Assembly: GCA_051294375.1 (NCBI GenBank)
Contig: CM119265.1
Coordinates: 3,682,467-3,746,466, forward strand
Source of the DNA: Paraspadella gotoi
Lineage: Eukaryota > Animalia > Chaetognatha
Direction: 5' to 3'
DNA length: 64,000 bases
Within the stretch, counting starts at the first letter, position 1. Every line of letters begins with the position of its first letter. This document shows, piece after piece, positions 1 through 12,300 of the stretch. Below the pieces are notes generated by a model. The model ran no database searches. It saw nothing but the letters and a program-made list of their open reading frames with translations, and was not told the DNA's origin. The translations under genes were made by a program, and so were the position numbers.

Positions 1-470
1 ATCTTTTCTTTTCTTTTCTTTTCTTTTCTTTTCTTTTCTTTTCTTTTCTTTTGCTTTTCTTATCCCTTCTTTTCTTATCCCTTTTTTATTTTCTTTTCCT
101 TTCTTTTCCCTTCTTTTCCCTTTTTTCTTTTCTTTTCTTTTCTTTTCTTTTCTTTTCTTTTCTTTACTTTACTTTACTTTACTTTACTTTACTTTACTTT
201 ACTTTACTTTACTTTACTTTTCTTTTCTTATCCCTCTTTTATTTTCTTTTCCCTTCTTTTCCCTTTTTTCTTTTCTTTTCTTTTCTTTTCTTTCTTTTCT
301 TTTCTTTTCTTTTCTTTTCTTTTCTTTTCTTTTCTTTTCTTTTCTTTTCTTTTCTTTTCTTTTCTTTTCTTTTATTTTCTTTTCCCTTCTTTTCCCTTTT
401 TTTCTTTTCCTTTCTTTTCCCTTCTTTTCTTTTCTTTTCTTTTCCCTTCTTTCTTTTTCTTTTCTTTTCT
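1..470. repeat. (TTTTC)n/(TTTAC)n microsatellite
   Basis: Simple pentanucleotide repeat in an ASB intron. Confidence 0.95.
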
Positions 471-479
471 TATCATCAC

Positions 480-3181
480 CTTGAGCAAGAGAAAGTCTTT
501 GACGAAAGGCCAAACTTCCATCTTTTCAACCATCGTCGTTATTGAAGTCGTCGTCGTCGTCGTCGTCGTCTTCATATTTTCCTTTAGTCGACGTCTAATC
601 GTGTCGCGAGATAGATGGCGCAAGGAATGGACTTCGGGTTTGAAATTCTGGAGTGGATGCCGTAAATGCCGTAAATAGTGTCAACAGTATTACCAATATT
701 TAACCATGAGGGAACGGATCGGTCAAGTGTCATTCTACAAAGATTCGACCCTTACCAAAATGGTGAGGTAGAGATCCCGGTGCCAGATAAAGCGCTCGTC
801 GGCGTTCGGGTTGTTCAGTCTCACCCACTCTTCCTTAGTAACGTCGATGCCCGCTAGGAGGAACTGAAATCGGGAAAGTGAAAACAAAAGTGAATCGTTA
901 CAATAACGATTCATAGCTGAGAATATTACTTATTAACATTTTACTATTATCTTATTAAACCTGAGGTCAATAATTTCTCACTATTATTTCGTTAATTCAT
1001 AACACAATTTAAAACTTGAGTTTGTATAAAAATGTAACTCCGCCCCCTGAAATTAACCCGATTTACCTGAACCACCGTGTTGACTTTTCTCCGTTGCCAT
1101 GCCGACCGCAGAGGCGTCATATCTAAATAAAGTGCACACGTTTTCAATGTGATTGTCGTCGTCTTCAGGCCTAACTCACTCGAACTCACCCGTTCCAGCG
1201 GGACAATGGTATAAATTAGCTCCCGCTTCAACGAGGAAACCTTAAAAGACAATCAGTTTGATGTCAATTTGAATTTGAGCCATCCACCTCCCTCCAATTT
1301 AAGCCATCCACCTCCCCAAACTCACTCCCCCAATCTAACTCCAATCTTTACCCTCAGACACCCTTATCCTTACCCGAAGCCTCGAGATTGTCGGCGTTGG
1401 CCTGTCGCGCCGTCCAGACGAGAGGCGTCTCTCCATTTATCGTCTCCAACTCAAGATCGGCGCCGAACCGAACGAGATGTTCCAAGCAGGCGGAGGATGG
1501 GAGCTGACAGGCCTTGTGGATGGGAGCCAGGCCGTGACTGAATAAAAAGAAGGGAAATGCTCTCTTTCATAGTTTATGAGACTCGGGGTAATAGGACAAA
1601 TTCACAGTCTTGTCTAGACTTTATTAAATGGATAACCCTAATAGGATAATAGGACAAAGTCACAGTCTAGTCTAGACGCATAGCCCTAATAGGATAATAG
1701 GACAAAGTCAGTCTAGTCTAGACTTCTTTAAACAGATAACCCTAACAGGATAATAGGACGAAGTCACAGTCATTACACGGATAATCTTCATAGGAGAATA
1801 GGACAAGTCTACAAAGGCTCCATAAATTTAAGTCTATAAGGCTACCCTGCGAATAGACTTCTTGTTGGACGGAGCTTTCATGGACGTGAATTCGCTGACC
1901 CATTAGCTTTTTACGACCTTAAATGAGTTCTGAACCGATATAATTTTAAACTATGTGACTGTATGTACTATTTGTATTCGAGAATTGCCTAAGTTCACCC
2001 CGCCTCTAAGCATCAACTCTGGGGGGAGGAAATGTCCTTTTATTAAGTGGAGAGTGAGGTAACAGAGTAGAGTGTTTTCTGGATGATATTTTGTTAACGG
2101 CAAGCTTCGATTTGATTCTCTGATTTAGTACTATATTAGCCATGATAAATTCATATACATTGGGTCATTGATCATATTTCAAAAATACTTTTGGAAAATA
2201 ACAACAATATCATTGAAAAAAAAATTTTCTTCAAGAATTCGCCTCCTTCTTCTCACAAGATGAGTTTGCCATACACAGATTCCTTCGTGCTCGGTTCCAC
2301 GTACTTGTCACCTCCTCGTCGCCGCATCAGTCAGTGTTTCTTTTCGTAATCTTTTATCAATAACGATTTGGTGAAACTTGGCTTACTTGACGCTTTTTAC
2401 AAACGATAGAGGTCAAATGGGTACCAGTACGCATTTTGATAATGGGTACCAGTACGCATTTTCCCGTTTTTGTCTTTATAAACCCAGACATTAGAAAGAC
2501 AGAGACAGAAAAAAGATATAATCAAGATTCTTTACGAGTTGATAAGTCAATTTGCATCGATGAAAGTATTAGTTTTCATAAATACTTTTATGCTCAAAAG
2601 TTCGTAACTTTGTATCCACTAAAATCAATCAATCAATCAATCCCTGATCGGCAATCATCTTCGAGTTGGTTTGAATATTTTTCATCATTTCACTCCAACT
2701 TTCGTTTCTCTCCTCTGCCGCAACATCGCCTGCAGCAACATCTGCAGCAGCGGATGGAACAGCAGACGCACAACGCGAAGCAGCAGGCGACGACGGCGCC
2801 GATGACGACGACGACGTCCAACAGCAAAAACTGAATCCAGTTGAGTTGCAAAGATTTGGGTTTGAGGTGATCCGGTTTTGGATGGCGCAGGAGATATTCC
2901 ATCCACCAAACAGCCCTGTATACAAGTTATTTTATTATATTAATTTTTTCAAAATTTTAATATTTCAATTTCTTTTTTTTTAAATTAAATCCTTACATTG
3001 TACATAAATAATTGAAAGTAAACTTTATTAATTACCTGTCAACGGGTTTTTCTATCTGGTCGAGAAACGTCTTTTGTTTTTTCTTGACCGTTTCTCTCAA
3101 AGTGTCGTTTCGTATCGCTTCCACCAGGGTTGATCGGAAGGACTCCTCTAGATTTAAAAACAAAAGGGAATCGATGATAAT

Positions 3182-3274
<93 letters not shown>

Positions 3275-3481
3275 ACTCTCTCTCTCACTCTCTCTTTCTC
3301 ACCTGTGATATTTCCAAGATCAAGTCTTTTTCCAAAGTTTCCTCTGACCGCGATGTCAACATTAGAAAATTGATCAGCATTAATTGGAACTCCGACGAGG
3401 ACCACTCCGTGACAAAGACATTCTATGAGGCTCAAGAGTCCGCAATGAGTCACAAAAGCTAAAAGAAAATTTAATTTAATC

Positions 3482-3577
<96 letters not shown>

Positions 3578-6500
3578 TATTATCATCATCCACCTTTAGC
3601 GTTCGGGTGCGACATCAGCGCCTGTTGCGGAATCCACGGGACGAGCAAGAGGTTGTCGGAAACGCCGTTCGTCGGCGGCGGCGCGTCCCACTTGACGACG
3701 AACTTGAGCGGCGCCAAAGATGCGAAGACTTTGAAGAGAACGTCGATCTTTGGTGGCGGGATCGAACTTATCTTGAGAGTGGATCCAAAGGACATGAGAA
3801 CGAACCCTGCGAGAAAAGCTTAAGTCTTTATTTTGTTGTTATATTTTATAATAAAAATTAACAAATTAACCTTTTAATTATTGTGTTGTATGGAACCTAT
3901 TGTTTTATTTTTCTTTTGCTGTCGCGCAGCAATTTTAGGTAATTTTCCGTAATTTTAGATTTAGTTGTTTAGTTGTTGAGATAATTTTCCTACCTTCAAC
4001 AGCAGAATCGACGAAGCGCTTCACATCCAGAGGTTCGACGTCTTCACCATGAACGCAATGGATTCCACCAATTGGAATCGCGTTGGGCAACATCGGTCGG
4101 GCTCCGTGGATGCTGCAAGATTGCAAGATTGCGGCACAGAACCCAAGAGAAATCGGTGCTCAGTTATCGCTTACCTAGGGTGAGTGTTGAGCAACTGCAA
4201 CGCCATCTTTGCCTCTGCATCAACGACGTGTTCTTGCTGCAGATCCAGGCCGAGTATTTTCCGACTCTCCTGAAAGCGATCGTCGAAGAATCGGCCGGTG
4301 CTCCACATCAAGTAGACGTATTTGATTGAATTGATCAATCGATGCTCGAAGGTGAGGTCGTGGTAATTGGACAGGGTCGCTTGAAAAAGGTAAGTGAGAA
4401 ATTCCATTTTAGTAAAAATTAATCTATACATATTTCGCATTAAAATAAAATGTTGTAATGTGAGGTAACGAGGTATGCTCACGAGGGATGTAACTAGGTA
4501 TGCTCACGAGGGATGTAACTAGGATTGGACGGATTTCCGGTGTTTGTCGCTAGAAAAGTTGAATGCCCGTGAGGAACGAAGCCCACGAGCGAAGAGTTGA
4601 AGACTTTGGCTAAATTGTAGCCGCAAACGTTGAGGGGCGTGACGACGACGACCGCGTCGAAAGTACGGCAACGCTCCGTGCCGGAGAAGTCGGCGTTGCG
4701 GTCGCAGTCGCGCTGCCGGTTGACGAGCTCTTCCATCCTCTCGCTCTTGAGGCCGATCAAGCAGCTCTCCGAAAGTTTAACGTTGACGTCGAGTTTTATC
4801 ATTATCTAAGGTTGGAATATAATTTCAGAATGAGCCACCCCGTCACGACGAAAGAAACTTCGTGATGAACCTTGGAATTGCTCTTTACTTTATGACTTTA
4901 TGGAACCTCACCCACAAATTCTTCATTTCCTTCCACAATTCAGTCCCGCCTTCCGTCTCTTCCTCCGAAAAGATCATCTTAGACCAGACATCGACGAATT
5001 TCGCGTATAAATTTTCATTCTTCAAATGTTCGTAGTTGGGAAAATCGAGGAGTCTTTTGTTCGGAAAAGGAGACGCGACGACGACTCGGTGACCGCGCAG
5101 CACCAGCGCCTCTACCAGCGGAGCAGCGGAGATGTCCATGCTGCGGAGCACGGAGGGCAGGTAGAAGAGGAAGCTGCCGGTGGAGGAAGATGAGGAAGAA
5201 GAAGAGGAGGAGGAAGAGGAAGAAGAAGAGGAGGATGAGAATGAACTTGGTCCAACGTTGTCGACTGATGAAGAAACTTTGCTGTCATTTGGTGATTCTT
5301 TTGTCGATTCACTTTTCACTGTTGACGCTGTTGTCGGCTGAACTTTCACTGATGATTCTGCGATCGTTTTGTATTTCACTGGTGATGCTGTTGCATGTTG
5401 AGTTTTCTCTGATGATTCACGATTGACTGGTGATTCTGAGGTAGATTCACGTTTTACTGTCGGCGGAGTCACAGTTTGTGAAGAGGATTTCATCGCTTGC
5501 GATTTTGTCCAAACGATGAGAAGTGAAAAGCAAAGGACGAATGGAATTTTTATTCTCATCTTCATCCTGGCAGATTAACTATTAATCAGTTAATTCCCAG
5601 TTAAAATCTCTTGATCGATATTTTATATAACCAAAAAAATTACGAATAAAAAAAACAAAAATACCGCAATATTTATTCTGAGTACAAATTGAAAGCAAAT
5701 CTGAGGATAGATTTTCATTCTTCACCGATAAGCGCTATCTCCTATCAAAGTCTTTCACAGACTCACGACTCACGTGAAACCAGTTTAGTACCAACGATAA
5801 AATCATATTGAATTAGGAGGTTAAACTTAAAACCAGAGTCTGGACCAGACTGTCTTCTTTGCGAGCTGATTAAAATAATCTTTTACATTGGGTATTGTTG
5901 TTAAATTCTTATTGGAAAAGTAAATTAAATAGCTATCGAAAAACCCTTTTTGTATTTTAGTTAAAAAATAAAAGAACAGCGAAGAGTTTTTTTCAATTCG
6001 TGAAACTGTTTTTGTATCAACTTAGATTATGACATAACGTAAAAAAACGTTTAGTCGCAGTTAAATACACATAATTTATGTGTATTTAACTTTTTTCACT
6101 CGACAAAAAAAAATCGAATTTATTTTAAACTTTTTAAATTGAATTATTGTAAAATCAAATTACATTTTGTGGTGAGAAGTTTCCTGAATGCATTTTGATA
6201 AATCTCCCATGTTTAGTCAAAAAGTTTTTAACTAATCTGCTGCGAAATAGCGAGTCTGATTATAAAAGACTACTCAATTACTCAGAATTAATCGCTGTAC
6301 CTAAGACGTAGACTTTAAATAAAATCCGATTTTTTTGTAGCGACTGAAGATTTAATCTTTATCCTACTACTAATCCACTTTTCACATTGAATTCGGTCCC
6401 AAAATTTGAATTTTATTTTTGCGGGATCTCAAACCCCAAATGACTTGTTGACCTTTCCCTCCTATCGTGACTTGACCCTCGTGACCTGACTCTCTTGACC

Positions 6501-6630
6501 TCACCTGTCGAAGACGTCGGTTTTGGCGCCGAACATGAGGAGCAACTCCACCAGTTCTGGAGTTTCTCTGACGCATGCGCGATGGAGCGGAGTCGATCGA
6601 TGATAGTCGGAGAGATTAGGGTTCGCCTTT

Positions 6631-6710
<80 letters not shown>

Positions 6711-7660
6711 GCAATCAATTAATCATTTAATCGATCAATCAATCGATCGATCGATTAATCAATCAAACTATTAAGCAATGAATTAATTAAAATAATTAAT
6801 CAATTGTTCAATTATCCAATCTATACTTGCATCATTAAATCTCCAAGTCCATCAAACGATAGGCTCGTCCACTCTATTTCTCCTCAACAACTTCGACACT
6901 CTTCCCACTCCATCCTCACCCCGTGATTCAACAGCAACATCGTCATCTCGACGTCTCTGATGTTGACGGACTCCATCAGAGGGAACATCCTCGCCGTGTC
7001 CTGCCAATTGGGTTTCGCTCCTTTGAGGAGGAGGAGTCGGGCAACCTGTTGGAGGATTCACAAAGTTTGTATGTTTTATTCGTGTAATTTATTTTATATA
7101 CAGATCTGGTCAAAAAAAAGTTTAAACTATTAATTAAAACAAATAAGACAAATATATTTTATTACCGCCCATGACGAGGTTTTTAAACTAAATATTATAA
7201 AAGTTGTTCTAAAATCAAAAACGGATCAAAATTTTATGTTACAATTTTTTTGTAAAAAAATTTTTTTCCTTCTTTGTTTTTTGTTTTTTTATATTTTTTT
7301 GCTATAGAAACTTCAAAACAGCTAAACCCCAAAAAGAAAGCTGCAATTATTGAGTTTTTGAAAGTGGGTTTGTTAAGATATAGGATTGCCAAACAGTTAC
7401 ATTTTTTTCATACAACCTGCAAGCTTTCAATCAATATTCTTTCACAGTCTCGTTTATTCACACCCAGAGTACATGGGTATATTTATATATTTGTATATAT
7501 AATATTTGTATATATAGGCGCAAAATAGCACTTTCTCTATTTTTATATACAGGAGCATAAAATATTAGTTTATCGACAATATTTAATGGCAGACAATTGA
7601 TATTGAGAGATTGTTTGAAACCAGACCGAAATCAAGAAGAGAAAGAGAGAGAGAGAAGAA

Positions 7661-7728
<68 letters not shown>

Positions 7729-8346
7729 TTGAATCACTTTCACAATCAACTCACAATCCACCATTCACTTCAAACATCCTCCTCTAAATCCTCCACCCCA
7801 CTTAACTCCCCCCTTTCCTCCCCCCTCTTCCCCACCTCGTAGTCCCTCTTCTGCACGGAGATCATGAGCGGGTGCTGCTCCATGATGCAGTCTGTCGTGG
7901 CGCAGAGGCCGTTGGGATTCGCGCCTCGATCGAGGAGCAACTGGACGAGCGACTCGGACTGGACGAAGACGGCCATCCCGAGGGGAGTGTGGAACTGCAT
8001 CTCCTCGTTCACGGAGACGTCCGTCGACTTGAGTCCATACGTTGATAATTAATTAATTAATTATATAATTAATTCTATGATTGATTAATTAAAAAAAGAT
8101 AAAAGAAATAATTGTTAAAATATTGAATAAAATCACCTCGAGAATTTCTTGCACGTCCAACTCATCCTGTCGCTGGATGGCTTTGATAAGTCTGTAAATC
8201 AATCAAATACTTATTAATCTTTCCATTTATTAGTGAATCAAACAATTAATTAATGGTTTAAACATTCAATTACTAAGTAAATAGACAAATTATCCGAATA
8301 AGTTAATCAATCAAACAATTCATCATATCCATCATTTAATAGAAAA

Positions 8347-8397
<51 letters not shown>

Positions 8398-8434
8398 ATC
8401 AATAAATCAATAAATCAATAAATCAATAAATCAA

Positions 8435-8501
<67 letters not shown>

Positions 8502-9285
8502 AAATCGAAAACAAAGTATATCAATCTATCAATCCAATCAATCAAGCAAACCAGTCAATCAATCAATCTAACAATTATTCTCCCCCAACTTTAATAAAAC
8601 CTATAAATGGGTTTTTGTTTCGCTCTCTCCATATTCTCTTTCTTCTCCCGATCGAATTGCTCTTTTGTTTCTTCGTCTTCGTCGTCGTCGTCGTCGTCCC
8701 ACTTGGTTCGCCCCAATTCGCCGCGAGGATCGTCGTCGTCGTAGTAAACGCGAAACTTCATCGCGCGCATCAAATCTTCCAGTTCGTCGTGGACGAGAGA
8801 TTCTGGAATAAAAAAAAACAAACTTTTGTTTTTGTTGTTTTTTTACGTTTAATTATTCTAGTTATTGAGGGTTTATATACGTGCTATATAAATTAAGAAC
8901 ATAAAAGAAGAAATTAGAAACATAGCTTGCCAACCAGCCAACCGAAATAAGTTAACCTTACCAGACGAAAAAAAAAATTAACAACCGATCAAATACGGCC
9001 AAACTAACCGAACAAACTATTTTACCAACAAATCAAATATATATCAATAACAACCAAACTAACCAAACTAGCTATTTCACCAACCTACAAAACATAACAA
9101 CAAAAATAACAACAACAAAAACAATACCCAAAAAACCGACCGACCGATTTAAATAAAAAATCTTAACAAAGTTTGGAAATGTTTTTCGTCAACGATTTTT
9201 TATTAGTATACGGACATGTTTCGACTCTTCATTTCGAGTCTTCATCAGCAGTAATGATGCATTAACAAATTTGTGTAAAAGAAGG

Positions 9286-9317
<32 letters not shown>

Positions 9318-12300
9318 TGAGAGAAAGAGAGAGAGAGAGACAGAGGGCCAAAAGTTTCCAACACAGAGATAGTTGTTAAAGAATGAGTGCAGTTTGAGTT
9401 GAGGACAGATCAGTTATGAAAAGAAGTGAAATGGTCAATTGGTGAAAGAGAGAGAGAGAAGAGAAGGAGAGAGGGAGAGAGAGAAGAGAAGAGAGAAAAA
9501 CAGGAGACAAAATAATACATTATGTAATGTACAACAAAGAATAAATTTAAACTAATGGTAATTTAACAATTATTCTAGTAATAAATAGATAGTAATGAAA
9601 GGAAAGAAAGTTTTTAAATGTGAAATGATACATTTTGTGAGGGATAGATAAGTGAATGTTAAAGTGAAAAATTAAGAATTAAGATAGAGCTCAAAATGAG
9701 CTGGCCCCCTTGGTTTATGCAAATGAGAAGGCTTTAACGATGAAGCCGGGTCATTGACGCGTCATTGGTTGAGATGACAATTCTGTTGAGTTCATTGCCG
9801 TTGCATTAGGTAGGCTTCCTTGCGGGAAGAGACCAAGTGCGACTCGAATGTCTCTCTGGCCTGGTACGCCTGCCGACTGCCCCCTTCTCGCCTGCTGGCG
9901 AGGCGGGCGGTTGTCCGTTCTTGCCGCTTTTGCAACAGGAGTGGTGGACTCCTCTCCCTCCTCCTGTAGCCGTCGTTTTGGGCGGCGCTCATTCCCCAGA
10001 GAGAGGGAATGAGTTGCTACAATCAAGGGAGAGGCATCGTTTGCCCATTGCCTGCGCAAGGGTCTCCGCCTGTCTCGTTGAGTGGAGACAGGGGAATCAT
10101 TGTGCGGTCGTGGTGGTGGCGGGGCCTCCACCACGTTTTTGATAAGCGAATCATAGCTTGGAGGGAGGTCGAATCGTCCTCCATCACGATTCAAAGAAGG
10201 TTCGAGGGCTTTGATGTAAATAGCCTCTCTAATACCTTGTGAACCAGTTTGGGTCATGGGACAGCACGAGACAGTCTGACTCTCTAAATGCATGGCCAGT
10301 ATTCGCTTTGTGCTCAGCGATTGCGGGAAGGTGTCCACGTATCACGATAAGGTTTCGTGTGCTGTTGGAAACGGTCTGTGAGGGACTTGCCTGTCTCGCC
10401 CACGTATGCTGCTGTGCAGAGTTGGTTGCCCGCCCCTGCACAGGCCGCCCAGTAGACGGCTCCTGATATTTTATCTTTAGGTTTCACCAATTGCTCACGT
10501 AGGGAGCCGCGGGCCGTCACTGAGGTGGAGATCCCCTGCTTTGCTAGCACCCGCACCAATGACTCAGTGATCCCCTGGTGGTAGGGGAGGGACAAGTGGC
10601 CCACGTTCCTAGGTCGCTTCTGCTTATCTTCCGGGTGCGCTGTGGTGGGCGCGGTCGGCTCTTCAGCAGCAAGCTCCCTTCCTACCTCCTGGGGGTGGAG
10701 GTAGGGTCTGCGTTAGCGGCTACTTGGGCAGCCCCTTGCCACTGCCCTCAGCCAGGTGCGGCCGATACTAGCCTTCTCGAAGGCCCACAATGGGTAGCCA
10801 TTGATCGCCAAGGCTCTTTTGACGTGCTCAAGCTCGGCGGCCTGAAGCTCGGGGGTCGACGGAATCAGCTTAGCTCTCCTGGTAAGGGATCTGACCGTGG
10901 CGAGCTTATGAGACAAGGGGGCATGAGAGTGAAGGAATGTATTGGTCTGTGTGCGTGGGTTTGCGATATACCGAAAATTCCAATGAACCGCCCTCTTTGC
11001 GCTGAATTAGCACATCGAGCATTGGAATCGACCCATTCATCTCCTTCTCACATGTCCACTTGATGCTCACGTGTATGCTGTTCAAGTGTTTTAAGAGGTC
11101 CTCAAGGAGGTCCCTCCTCACGGCCAGGATAGTATCGTCTGCCTTCCGATACCAGAAGAGGACTGACTCTGCCCCATGCAACGATCGAAAAGAAGCCAAA
11201 GCTTCCACCTCATAGTCCTCCATATAGAAATCTGCCAGAGGACTTGATGTTGATTTGCCCATCCCTAAGCCACCAGGCTGGGCATAATATTGTCCATCGA
11301 ACCTGAAGTACGCCAGTTCCAGGTCCAGCCGCAGCAGTGCCATGATGTCATCCAATTGGATTGGCGTACGCTCGTGCAACTTCCGGTCTTCCCTCAAGCG
11401 GCGTTCTGCTGAGGCTAACGCCAATTCTTGGGGAATATTTGTAAACATACTTGTTAAGTCACACGAGACCAAGAGATGACTATCTGGCACTTTGATATGC
11501 TGCAACTTTTCCGTCAGATCGAGAGAATTTCTGAGGTGGTGTTGATTACCAACCAAAGGAGTGGAGTATGCGACCCAATTCCTTCGTCATTCCATTAAAA
11601 ATGGAATTGCGGGCTGAAACGATCGGGCGTAATGGTAGATCGGGCTTATGTACCTTCGGCTGACCGAAGAACAAAGGAGGCTGCGTTGTCAGGATTGACT
11701 CTGTGAAATACTGACGGGGGACAGTATTCACGTATTTTTTTCGTCACGGTCTGGATCTTAGCCCTGTAGGCGAGGGTGGGATCCTTTGGCAGGAGATAGT
11801 AGGTGTTTCTGTCTGCCAACATTTTTTTCACCTTGTCTTTGTAGTCATGGGCGTCCATGACTACCGCAGCTCTTCCCTTGTCCGGGGTGAACCATGATTG
11901 CCTGATTACGCTTGAGTGAGGCGATGGCCTTGCGCTCACTCTTTCCGACATTTGGCGGGCGGAGCTCTGTTGGCATTAAGCATCCGCGCCGCCGCCGCAA
12001 GCGATAGCCGCCGCTTCGGGTTTTTGATCCAGGAGTCTCGCTCCTGTCTCAATTCCGACAATGAGGTCAATTGCAGGTAAATTAACAGGGTTGGAACAAA
12101 AGATAAGCCCTTACGCAAAACAGAGTCTTCATCATTACTAAGGCTGTACGATGAGGCGTTGACGAGCCATCTGTCTTGTGCGGTGTGGATCTCGTCTTCC
12201 GTCAGCCGATAGAGTTCGTTCCTTTGACGATTGCGTCTCTCCTTGACGAGCGTGTCGTGGGCGAGACGTTGTCGAAGGTGGGCCAACTTCGCTTGCTGTC

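Noticed and set aside
5265-5280. Other CTGATGA motifs (also near 33613, 55248, 62289) as further hammerheads
   Set aside because: No stem II followed by GAAA and a cleavage triplet.
9837-11063. Plus-strand ORFs inside the Penelope element
   Set aside because: Antisense shadows of the GC-richer RT/EN coding sequence, with no motifs.
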